From the IMG/VR virus record IMGVR_UViG_3300020045_006747, positions 1-36,772 of that record: 36,772 nt of DNA; one strand, written 5' to 3'. Numbering within the stretch: position 1 is the first letter of the stretch; each line of letters starts with the position of its first letter. The notes below the pieces were generated by a model that saw only the letters and a list, made by a program, of their open reading frames with translations, was not told the DNA's origin and searched no databases. Shown piece by piece: positions 19,061 through 27,440 of the stretch. This DNA comes from a virus. Its lineage: Duplodnaviria; Caudoviricetes. Both the position numbers and the translations under genes were made by a program.

Positions 19061-21624
19061 CCCACATCCTCGGTGCTGGGTTTCGGAAACCGTGAAGCTT
19101 TACGGGCGGCATCGATAGCGGACCACAGGTGCGGGGCCATTTCCTGTGCCAGATCGTAGGCATAAGAGCTTCCGTGCCATTTTCCGGATGGGCGGGTCTT
19201 CTTGAATCCAAGCCCCCGCAATACCCGTTGCACTCGCAGCACGTCATTTTGTGATTGACGGGCGGTGTCGACCTGAAGCACGATGCCGAGGATCAGATGC
19301 AGCGAACCAGAGCGGACGTTGAATTGCTCGGTGCGTTGACCCTTTTCATAACGATCGACCACATGGAAGACTTCATTAGCATAACTGTCCGGATCGGTCA
19401 GAGCTTCCCGGATCTTCTGATACCACGGCTCGGAATTCTCAATACTGACCTGACGATCGGCCTGTTCTTCCGAAACTAGCTCTTGTGGGACCGTATACCA
19501 ATCTTCCCCACCTTCATATGCCACGATGGCCTCAGCCCACAACTGCTCCCGTATCTCTTTGAGGAGCGCTGTTTTGACTGACCCACACTCGCCCACGTGG
19601 GTCGGCCAAAAGCGACGGGCACCCGTCAAATCAGAGATATATGCCTGCCCTACCTCGTTCGTGGTGCCAGCAAAAACGCAAGTACGGGGGTAGGATTTGG
19701 GGTCACGTTCGTAACTCAACCTGACGTCATCAACTGTAGTGGTCAGGACGGCTTTCAATGCCTCCATTTCAGCCCGTTTGACTGTTGCCAATTCTGACAT
19801 TTCAACGATCATCTTCCCGGCGATCACAGCAACCAAGTCTTTATGGGATGTCCCGCCGCCCGTCATGCCGCCTGAATATTCAGTGTAGAATTGCCCGCCC
19901 AAAATGCGGAGCGCTTGGGATTTGCCGATACCCTGCGCACCTTCGAAAATCAACATGTGATCAGCTTGGCATCCCGGTTCCATCGCACGGGCGATGGCGC
20001 TGATCATCCATTTCCGACCAATTGCGCGGGTATACTCGGTGTCTTTTGTTCCCATGTACTCTGGGAGCCATGAGGAGAGACGTTCGACGCCATCCCAATT
20101 CAACTGTTTCAGATGGACGCGTAGTGGATTGACTTGATGTTCACTGGCGAGGTATTTGATGACTTGGCTGGTGTGGGCCTGTTTCACCCACGAGTCGCCC
20201 ATCGAGTGAAAGCGGACCATTAGGTCGATTTCCTCGTCTTCGGTGGATTTCGCGCAATCGATGTCCCCGATCTTACCGACACGAATTCGGTGGTCATAAT
20301 CGGCTACCCAGTACATGGGCGTAATTCCCTCTGCTTGGAGCAGTCTAGTACGGTTGATCACCCCGACGATATTGCCCTTTTCGTTATTCTCGCCGATAGT
20401 AGCCCGCTGGAACCGCTTGCGCTCTTCCTTGATGTTATCTTCCAGCAGCAACACACGGGGGCGGGGGCATTCCAGTTTCAGCTTCTTAATGACGTCCGAC
20501 AACCGCTTGCCTGTGGCGCAGGCCGACTGGACCAATTCGGCATCGATTTCTTGGGCATCACCGAAACACCAGTCCTTCAGGCGCTCAAATATCGTCTCGG
20601 GGTCTTTGTATGTGGGGTCAATCTTCTCTCGAAACTCTTTCCAGCGAAACGCAGAACAAGAATCGTGGAGACACCGATACACAGGGCGATTGTTTACCAA
20701 TCCCACCATCGGGTCACTGTGCGTCTCATTGAACGGGCACTTGGAGATGATCCATTTCTGACCCTCATTTCCAAACATGGGACGGGGACCGGATACGATC
20801 TTTTGGCCGCGATCCGTAAGCCATTTCACCATATCCCCGATATACTCACCGGTCATGTCCCGATATTCATCGCTCTTGGCATCGCGAAGTGGGCGGGCCA
20901 CGTTATCGATCTGCTCTCTCGTAAGCAGCTTCAGTTCTTTCGGTACGTGGGTGAACATGGCCACCCGGTGTGGGCGGTCGGCGGTGTCGGACCCCTTCAT
21001 ACTGACGGTGCCGTAAATTTTCCAGACCCGGCTGGCGTTAAACACCGTCACATCAACTTTTACCTTGTCGTCCGAGAAAATAGACGACAACATCTTCAGG
21101 GCGTATTCGAAGTCGATGCGGGTGGCGTCGTCGTTCGGTTCGTCAACGCGGTACATCACGTGGACACCATTACCGGAGTTTGCCCGGATCGGTTCCGGCC
21201 AGCCTATCGACGTCAACCACTCGACCACCGTGTCGGCCCGGTCTGCTGAAGCTAGGTATTCCTCCTGTGACGACGATATGCCCGCTGGTCGATTCGGGTC
21301 AAAATCCAGCAGAAACCAGCGTCGACGTTTGATGTCGGCATCGGATGTCGTGAGAAACGAGCCATAACCTAACTTATTCTCAGCACGAGCCATCAAATCC
21401 GGGTTAATCGGATTGACAGTCATGTAAATTGATTGGTGCCGCCCATTTTCTTTGGCGATCAGGGCGGCGGCAATCCCGGTGTCATTAAAATACCCACTGA
21501 TGGTCCCTGCTTTTGTCTTCGGGATCCGCACTTCAAACACATCACCGGGCGCGTGGAGTAAATCCAACGTAGCCTTGATAATCATGGCTGGTTTCGTTGT
21601 CTGGTACTCTTTGAAGTCTGCCAT
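19057..21624 (-). CDS. Primase-helicase: AEP/PrimPol-like domain, Zn-binding domain and VirE/VapE-type P-loop helicase
   Basis: AEP motifs LLDFD and NSGNGVHVMY, Zn ligands CPF..H...YRCLHDSC, WDGVERL, Walker A GAQGIGKS, IVEMSEL, RTCVFAGTTN and DLTGARRFWP. Confidence 0.88.
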   Translation of the reverse strand: MADFKEYQTTKPAMIIKATLDLLHAPGDVFEVRIPKTKAGTISGYFNDTGIAAALIAKENGRHQSIYMTVNPINPDLMARAENKLGYGSFLTTSDADIKRRRWFLLDFDPNRPAGISSSQEEYLASADRADTVVEWLTSIGWPEPIRANSGNGVHVMYRVDEPNDDATRIDFEYALKMLSSIFSDDKVKVDVTVFNASRVWKIYGTVSMKGSDTADRPHRVAMFTHVPKELKLLTREQIDNVARPLRDAKSDEYRDMTGEYIGDMVKWLTDRGQKIVSGPRPMFGNEGQKWIISKCPFNETHSDPMVGLVNNRPVYRCLHDSCSAFRWKEFREKIDPTYKDPETIFERLKDWCFGDAQEIDAELVQSACATGKRLSDVIKKLKLECPRPRVLLLEDNIKEERKRFQRATIGENNEKGNIVGVINRTRLLQAEGITPMYWVADYDHRIRVGKIGDIDCAKSTEDEEIDLMVRFHSMGDSWVKQAHTSQVIKYLASEHQVNPLRVHLKQLNWDGVERLSSWLPEYMGTKDTEYTRAIGRKWMISAIARAMEPGCQADHMLIFEGAQGIGKSQALRILGGQFYTEYSGGMTGGGTSHKDLVAVIAGKMIVEMSELATVKRAEMEALKAVLTTTVDDVRLSYERDPKSYPRTCVFAGTTNEVGQAYISDLTGARRFWPTHVGECGSVKTALLKEIREQLWAEAIVAYEGGEDWYTVPQELVSEEQADRQVSIENSEPWYQKIREALTDPDSYANEVFHVVDRYEKGQRTEQFNVRSGSLHLILGIVLQVDTARQSQNDVLRVQRVLRGLGFKKTRPSGKWHGSSYAYDLAQEMAPHLWSAIDAARKASRFPKPSTEDVG

Positions 21625-21625
21625 T

Positions 21626-22057
21626 TCAAATCCTTGTAATTGTTCTCAATGCTGGCGATAACGCTGAAACGATACTGTCCTGTGGGGACCACACCACCGC
21701 CAACGATATTAACGTGGACAATTCGGTGGCTTCAGATATCGCAGCGTGATATTTCCCATCGATGAGGAATATCTCTTTCTGGACCCGAATCAGGAAATGG
21801 ATCGGCATATGCGCCCGCCATTTCCTGATGTATTGGTGTTGGGATGGCTCGACTTTGATCCTGTGAGTCGCGGACATCTTGACGTCAATAGCCTTCAGTT
21901 CCAACCATCCGACCCGGTGCGGGTCTTCGGCTTTCATAACATAATGAAGATCAGGTACCCCCGGAGAGATATGCCGATCTTCATGCCACGACATCATCCA
22001 CTCCCCGGCCATTGCGGGGCCGAGGAAATGCCGAAATCTAAGCTCTGCAGCATTCAT
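21626..22057 (-). CDS. PD-(D/E)XK nuclease (VRR-NUC/Holliday junction resolvase-like)
   Basis: PGVPDLHY...VGWLELKA...SQHQY. Confidence 0.78.
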   Translation of the reverse strand: MNAAELRFRHFLGPAMAGEWMMSWHEDRHISPGVPDLHYVMKAEDPHRVGWLELKAIDVKMSATHRIKVEPSQHQYIRKWRAHMPIHFLIRVQKEIFLIDGKYHAAISEATELSTLISLAVVWSPQDSIVSALSPALRTITRI

Positions 22058-22598
22058 GGCAGTATTTTTCCAGATTTTCTCGCACGTGATCAGTCAAATG
22101 AAGCGGCCACCCCAATTTCTGGGCATATCCAGCCAATTTATCGATCATCTGTTCGTAAATTGATTCATAGACTGCTTCCCCAGTGGCATCGGTAGCGTGT
22201 TTGTAAATATACCGCACAGCGTCAGCCATATCGCACAGCTTGATCAGCGCTTGTGTACTCGGATTGACAGGTACGATAAACACTGGATGGGTCACCGCCT
22301 TTTCGACTTCTTCCAGTCCAGTTAGATGTGCCTTCATGTGACTTGGGATGTCGCCCGTGAACACTTCAGCGATGTCGTGAACCAAAGCGGCAGCAGCGAC
22401 ATCAGACGACGGATCAAAGTAAAATACCGGGGCGGTCGACGCGATCAACATCGCCAATAGCGCCACGTTTGTTGTATGTGCCGCCAGAGACTGGTTGCCC
22501 GACGTCTCCATCATATGCCACCGAGTAACGGATTGCATCCGCAACACCGATTCCATTGCGTGATTCTCGGGTCCGTAGACCAAAAAGCTATTTAACAT
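22038..22598 (-). CDS. datZ: HD-domain dATP triphosphohydrolase
   Basis: YfbR-like HD motifs RWH...QSLAAHTTNV...ALVHDIAEVFTGDIPS.K...IKLCD. Adjacent to purZ and mazZ. Confidence 0.88.
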   Translation of the reverse strand: MLNSFLVYGPENHAMESVLRMQSVTRWHMMETSGNQSLAAHTTNVALLAMLIASTAPVFYFDPSSDVAAAALVHDIAEVFTGDIPSHMKAHLTGLEEVEKAVTHPVFIVPVNPSTQALIKLCDMADAVRYIYKHATDATGEAVYESIYEQMIDKLAGYAQKLGWPLHLTDHVRENLEKYCHECCRA

Positions 22599-22920
22599 GG
22601 CTATTTACTCCGTTCTTGTCGGTCGTCCATTTGCGCTTACTGTTCGTGACTAATTTTTTCATAACAGACGTGGTGATGTCAACTTTCTTGCGTTTAGCAT
22701 AGTCAAGCAGCAGGATGAACATGTCCGCGATTTCATCAGCGGCACCGTCCGATTCAATCATTTCAGAAACTTCACCATAGATCTTGAGGAACATGCTGGC
22801 GTCAGTCCGGTTTGGGAATGTGGCTTCGGCCCAGGTATGCACTGCCTCTGCCAGCATCCCAACATCGGTGTTGTAGTCATGTGCCCATTCCGGGCCACCG
22901 TACAAATCAAGTTGTTTCAT
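22588..22920 (-). CDS. mazZ: MazG-like (d)GTP/dATP pyrophosphohydrolase
   Basis: W...TFP, acidic EVSE...DEIAD (ExxE/ExxD) motifs and K...N..RKW. Lies between purZ and datZ. Confidence 0.85.
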   Translation of the reverse strand: MKQLDLYGGPEWAHDYNTDVGMLAEAVHTWAEATFPNRTDASMFLKIYGEVSEMIESDGAADEIADMFILLLDYAKRKKVDITTSVMKKLVTNSKRKWTTDKNGVNSHVK

Positions 22921-22922
22921 GA

Positions 22923-23984
22923 TTATTTCCCGTAGACGGTCACTTGGGCGTCGTCAGCGCCCCAACCGATCCATTTGACCTTGGGGGGGTTGAGATAACC
23001 GGGGGCGGCGTCTTCGATCAGGCCGACGATATGAGCGACTTCTTCCTCATCCTTGCAGTAGTTAGCGAAATTCAAGAACACTTCGGTGTCCCAATATCCG
23101 CCACAATGGAACGCGGCGTCGATCATCTGCTTCTTGCTGAATGTGAAAATCCGGCGTTGGAGTTTGGTCACTGTTGTGACTTCAGGCTTGATGCCCATCG
23201 GCGCGAAATGGCTCCAATCCAGTTCCTCTTGATCATCGTAGCACGGGCCACTGGAACCAGTACGGTTATTGACCCGAATCGGGAAGCAGCGGGTCGATCC
23301 GATCACCTGGATGTACGACGCCCAATTGTAGGGTAGTCCGCAATCCGCAGCGATTTGCCACGGGGTCACATCACGGCTTGTGGTGTACGGATAAGACCCG
23401 TGGTAGAGCGAGAGGCTGAAACCTTGAGCGCCCTCAACGATGGTGCTTTCAGAGGCCATGATCGCATCGCGGTATTCACCGACAGTACAGACGTATTGGC
23501 CAAGCGGAGTACCCTTCCAACGAGAGCCAACCGTTACCGGATTATCTGGGTTGCGGCGAACCCGTTCGATCATAGCAGCGCCAACGCCATGGACGGTAGA
23601 CCCAATCTTGGCCATACCCCACTCAATTTCTTGGTCAGTGTGGTAATCCTCGATCGAAATGGCGTGAGGATGGACCATGATCCGCTTACCGACCAAGAAT
23701 TCACTGTATTTCTCGATCTCAGCGGCCAGTGTAGGACCATGAATCGCAGAACCGGGACCAATCAGAACCGTCTTGACTGTTGGGGAAGACAGGGCGCTGG
23801 TCGGAATTTGCTGCGTCATCACATGGATTCCACGGGATGAGTCAATGTAAGTATGACCCGCGTTAACGCTGAAAGCGCAAATTGCGGTATCATAGTCCTC
23901 CCACTTGGAGAGATGCCCGGCGATCAGACCTTTTCCAGTAGAGCCATACTGGAAGTCCATGATAAGGTGTACTTTATGTGTCAT
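22923..23984 (-). CDS. purZ: 2-amino-adenylosuccinate (N6-succino-2-amino-dAMP) synthetase
   Basis: PurA fold (NAGHT, IGST, EGAQG, YPYTTSR, PIRV) with PurZ-type changes: QYGSTGKG (Ser at the PurA catalytic Asp), TTVTKLQRR, and LNFANY in place of TKLD. The start at 23984 is ATGA-coupled to the polymerase stop. Confidence 0.95.
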   Translation of the reverse strand: MTHKVHLIMDFQYGSTGKGLIAGHLSKWEDYDTAICAFSVNAGHTYIDSSRGIHVMTQQIPTSALSSPTVKTVLIGPGSAIHGPTLAAEIEKYSEFLVGKRIMVHPHAISIEDYHTDQEIEWGMAKIGSTVHGVGAAMIERVRRNPDNPVTVGSRWKGTPLGQYVCTVGEYRDAIMASESTIVEGAQGFSLSLYHGSYPYTTSRDVTPWQIAADCGLPYNWASYIQVIGSTRCFPIRVNNRTGSSGPCYDDQEELDWSHFAPMGIKPEVTTVTKLQRRIFTFSKKQMIDAAFHCGGYWDTEVFLNFANYCKDEEEVAHIVGLIEDAAPGYLNPPKVKWIGWGADDAQVTVYGK

Positions 23985-25804
23985 TTCGAAGCCTCGTACC
24001 AATTAAGTCCATAATCTCCGCTTGCAGTAATTGGTACCCGCATTTGGACCACAGAATCTTCAGAATTGAAGTTCGTGTACTTTTCGATGATCCGGGATTT
24101 TACCGAATCATCCTGTTTCATACTCACCCCTGCCTCGTCATGACATGACATGAGCAGACGTGCGGGGAGCTTCTCGGTGCGGATCAAATCATCGATCGCC
24201 ACCAGCCCCAATTTGTGTAGATCGGCGGCATACGCCTGATAAAGAAGCCCAGCAGCTTTATGTGCGCCCAATGGGAACCTCAAGCGACGACCAATAGCGG
24301 TCCGGACAAATCCAGTCTCCTTGGCTACTGATTCTGCCCGCTTCATGAATTCTTTCACACCGGGTAATTTCTTGTGATAGAGATTAAAAATATCAGTCGC
24401 GGCTTGGCCCGGTACGTATTGCATTTTCCCACGTGATTCCTTGATGCCATACTCCATCCCCATCATAAACGCTAACTTGCCTGCCCCTGCACCAAAGGCA
24501 AGTCCAAGGTTGATTTGTTTGGTGTTTGGGGCACCCGCATATGGCGGGTTTCTCGGAATTCCGGTCATGCCCGACACGATCTGGTGGTAGTCCAATGTCG
24601 GGTCGTCCTGATACGCCTGAATCACCAGTGGATCGTTGATTAAGTGAGCCGCACATCTGAAGTCGACCTGTGAATAGTCGGTGCAGAGCCATTCTTCTCC
24701 GTCGTCGGGCAAGAACATAGCTCGGAGGATGGCCGCGTTAACCTTATCGCGTTTTGTGATCTGCTGTAACGCCGGATCTGTAGACGATAGACGGCCAGTA
24801 ACGGTGCCCGCATCAGCATCATTACGGGTTTGGTTGAACTGGGTATGTACGAACCCGTTCCCATCAGCACTTCCGATAACATGGCCTCGGATGAAGGTGT
24901 CGCGCAATTTGATGGTTTTACGAAGAGCCAATATTTTCGCAGCCAATGGATGGGTAATTTGCCGCATGACGTTCTGATCGAGCGATGGGCCTTTGCCGCC
25001 TTTAGTAGGCCCGACGAGCGTACCATCAATGAGCTTCCATTGGAATTTACTGATCGGCTCGGGCTTAAAGAACGCCCGGACTTGGGGGGACGAATTAACA
25101 TTGAATTTACCTCCAGCGATTTCGTTAATTTCTTTCTGAAGCTGTTCTTCTTGGATATCGAGCTTCGGGATGGCGGCGTGGGCGGCTTCGAGGTCGACCC
25201 GGACACCACCCCATGACATATCAGCCAAGACAGGGAGCAGTCTCATTTCGAGGTCGAGCACCTGCTGTAGTCCTTGTGACTTGATTTCTTTTGCCTGTGC
25301 CCGGTAGATTGCGAGGGCGTCCGCTGCGTCAGAGGCACCGTACGGGGCCACTATAGCGGGGGGCACCTCAGAGAGGCGGGAGAGTACCTCCCGACTATCT
25401 CGCCACCCCATCGCCGCACGGATCGACTCTAGGTGGACCAGCTTCTGGGAGTCGATGCCCCGATACTTGGCGATAGACGCCAGATCATAGGTCAGATGGT
25501 GTTCGTCAATGAGGCACTCAGCGACCATAGTACAATACCAAGATACCGACCGAGGGTCGATCTGGAAATGGCGAGTGCACTGGAATTCATATTGGGCGTT
25601 TTGGGCGACAACTGTACGTTGCGGCAGCAGGTCACGCAGCCAATCAACTACTTGCGGGTCAGAGCGAACATCCCAGTACCAAGAGTCAGCGCCGACAGCC
25701 ACAGCAATCCCAAACACACGAAAATCGGGGTCCCAATAACGCAGACCAGAAGTTTCATAATCAAGAGAAATGACTTCATTTTGGGGTATCTCTGGGAAGT
25801 TCAT
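23981..25804 (-). CDS. dpoZ: Family A DNA polymerase of the DpoZ type (3'-5' exonuclease + polymerase)
   Basis: Exo motifs LDYETSG, QNAQYE and YGASD. Polymerase motifs TGRLSS..P.LQQI, A DYSQVDFR, B KQINLGLAFG, AAGLLYQ and C MSCHDE. Coupled to purZ. Confidence 0.9.
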   Translation of the reverse strand: MNFPEIPQNEVISLDYETSGLRYWDPDFRVFGIAVAVGADSWYWDVRSDPQVVDWLRDLLPQRTVVAQNAQYEFQCTRHFQIDPRSVSWYCTMVAECLIDEHHLTYDLASIAKYRGIDSQKLVHLESIRAAMGWRDSREVLSRLSEVPPAIVAPYGASDAADALAIYRAQAKEIKSQGLQQVLDLEMRLLPVLADMSWGGVRVDLEAAHAAIPKLDIQEEQLQKEINEIAGGKFNVNSSPQVRAFFKPEPISKFQWKLIDGTLVGPTKGGKGPSLDQNVMRQITHPLAAKILALRKTIKLRDTFIRGHVIGSADGNGFVHTQFNQTRNDADAGTVTGRLSSTDPALQQITKRDKVNAAILRAMFLPDDGEEWLCTDYSQVDFRCAAHLINDPLVIQAYQDDPTLDYHQIVSGMTGIPRNPPYAGAPNTKQINLGLAFGAGAGKLAFMMGMEYGIKESRGKMQYVPGQAATDIFNLYHKKLPGVKEFMKRAESVAKETGFVRTAIGRRLRFPLGAHKAAGLLYQAYAADLHKLGLVAIDDLIRTEKLPARLLMSCHDEAGVSMKQDDSVKSRIIEKYTNFNSEDSVVQMRVPITASGDYGLNWYEASK

Positions 25805-25818
25805 ATCTATGTTCTATT

Positions 25819-25849
25819 AAAAAGACCACCAGCCCGAAGGCCAGTGGTT
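25819..25849 (-). terminator. Intrinsic terminator between the SSB-like gene and dpoZ
   Basis: Minus strand ACCACTGGCC-TTCG-GGCTGGTGGT-C-TTTTT. The G-U pairs form only on the minus strand. Confidence 0.8.
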
Positions 25850-25898
25850 AAAATCCCCATAGGCAACTGCAAGAAGCTCATGGGGCAGGGAGACTCAG

Positions 25899-26681
25899 TT
25901 AGATGTCACCACGTTCGGCAGGTGCCGCATCATTCATCGGGGTGGCAGAAGCGTGGTCGGCCACCACCTCACCAGAACGGAACGTAGAATAAAGACGCTC
26001 ACACTCGTCGTAAACCGCTTTCGGGGGGAATCCGGCAGGCTGGACCACAAAATTCTTGAACTTCTGGCCCTTCTTGTTCTCGTCCGTGAAAGCAGAGATT
26101 TTGTAAACCCGGCTGAAACGGTCACCACCAGCAATCTGGATCATCGCATTCCATTTGCGGCTGACCTTGGATTTGGTCTTGGCCATCGAAATAACGATCT
26201 GCTCCTTCTGACCTTCTGGGGTGATACGCAGCCCGTAGTGAACCGGGGTGTCGACCACTTCAATGATGTTAAATCCCTTGGCGTTCGTACCGGCCAGATT
26301 CGGATCATTCTTGATGACCAATGTGCGCTTTTCTTCAGCCTGCTCCAGAGTGGGGAACGAGCCATGGAAGCCACCGCCCGCATCTTGGTCTTGCCACACC
26401 AAATATTCCATGCGGTAGTAGACCGGGACGAAATAGGCGTGGTCACCAATGATTTCCTGAGTCACCGAATTGAACAACATACCCTCACGGGCATCGGGGT
26501 CCAATTCCTTGATCGGGGAGAGAGCTTGCACGATTTCCAGTCGCGGCAATACCATGTCGGAGGATTTGACCTCTTCGGAGCCACGATTGGAATCCTGCTT
26601 GATGTAATCGGGAACAGATGTAACTGCAAACGGATCTGCTGCGACTGTTGCGACTTCTGTCTTCTTGGGATTGGTAGCCAT
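25899..26681 (-). CDS. Putative single-stranded DNA-binding protein
   Basis: DMVLPRLEIVQALSP N-terminal motif, aromatic beta-rich core, flexible acidic tail. Next to the DNA polymerase. Strong RBS GGAG. Confidence 0.65.
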   Translation of the reverse strand: MATNPKKTEVATVAADPFAVTSVPDYIKQDSNRGSEEVKSSDMVLPRLEIVQALSPIKELDPDAREGMLFNSVTQEIIGDHAYFVPVYYRMEYLVWQDQDAGGGFHGSFPTLEQAEEKRTLVIKNDPNLAGTNAKGFNIIEVVDTPVHYGLRITPEGQKEQIVISMAKTKSKVSRKWNAMIQIAGGDRFSRVYKISAFTDENKKGQKFKNFVVQPAGFPPKAVYDECERLYSTFRSGEVVADHASATPMNDAAPAERGDI

Positions 26682-26756
26682 GATTTAATTTCTCCAGACG
26701 CTTCTTACAAAAACCAGTCCGCTTGGCGTCATCAAGGGAGGACCAGTGGGGGAAAC

Positions 26757-26831
26757 TTACTTCTTCATCCGGGCGCAGAGGATGCGAACAGCCAGTGCAA
26801 TGGGGGAAAGAGGGAATGGGGGACGTGCCAT
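26757..26831 (-). CDS. Possible 24-aa micro-protein (MARPPFPLSPIALAVRILCARMKK)
   Basis: ATG 2 nt after the previous stop, with AAGG upstream. Below the ORF-track cut-off. Confidence 0.35.
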   Translation of the reverse strand: MARPPFPLSPIALAVRILCARMKK

Positions 26832-26833
26832 AA

Positions 26834-27022
26834 TCAACCTTGGAAGTTGCAATTGTTGATCTGAGTGCCTTCGACACGAGCAGCAGCTTCGATCGCCTTG
26901 ATCGCGGCAATCTTGGTCTTATTGTCTATGCTGGGGACCCGCAAAACAGCGAGTACCGCATCAGAAACTGCTTTGATTGATTTCGGGTCAGCACCGATTT
27001 GGAGGAGAGGAGCTTTTGTCAT
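26834..27022 (-). CDS. Hypothetical protein
   Basis: 62 aa amphipathic ORF, packed 1 nt after the upstream gene. Confidence 0.6.
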   Translation of the reverse strand: MTKAPLLQIGADPKSIKAVSDAVLAVLRVPSIDNKTKIAAIKAIEAAARVEGTQINNCNFQG

Positions 27023-27023
27023 T

Positions 27024-27428
27024 TTAGGCTTTCACGATGCTGGCACGGATAAACGGAGTGACGTTGAGGCACTCTGGGATTTCAGCGCCCTCAACCATCA
27101 AGCGGCGGACCAGTGCTTTCATACTGCTGGCATTGTAAGTCTCGCTGATCATGGCGCCCATTTCCATGTCGCGAAGCCACTGCATGGCCTGATCCTTTTG
27201 GCCCGCTTTGGTAGAACAATAAAGGTCTGCAGCCAATTGTACACGTCCGATCCCCTGAAATGTGGCATTCTTGACCTCCAGCTGGTCCATCATTTCCGGG
27301 ATTTGTTTCAGGCGAAGATTGTCAATTTCAACACCCATCGCTTTGGACTGCTCTTCGAGAGCCTCTTTTCGGGCTTGGAGGTCAGCCATTTTCGCGCAGA
27401 GGTCGCGCAGTGTATTCAGGTCAGCCAT
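27024..27428 (-). CDS. Conserved replication-module hypothetical protein
   Basis: N-terminal coiled coil, LRLKQIPEMM and AMQWLRD...ISETYNASSMKALVR. Upstream of the SSB-like gene. Confidence 0.7.
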   Translation of the reverse strand: MADLNTLRDLCAKMADLQARKEALEEQSKAMGVEIDNLRLKQIPEMMDQLEVKNATFQGIGRVQLAADLYCSTKAGQKDQAMQWLRDMEMGAMISETYNASSMKALVRRLMVEGAEIPECLNVTPFIRASIVKA

Positions 27429-27440
27429 GGTACTATCTTT

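Noticed and set aside
20290-21249. Long antisense ORFs (also 7221-8066, 25953-26864, 33209-33898, 35492-36349)
   Set aside because: They lie opposite well-supported genes, have no recognisable motifs, and are expected shadows of codon bias.
22923-23984. Ordinary purA auxiliary metabolic gene
   Set aside because: It lacks the catalytic Asp (GSTGKG rather than GDEGKG) and the GTP-specific TKLD motif, and it is flanked by datZ, mazZ and dpoZ.
24494-24520. Leu at PolA position 762 as a marker of temperate lifestyle
   Set aside because: The DpoZ signature explains it better, and no integrase or repressor is visible in the window.
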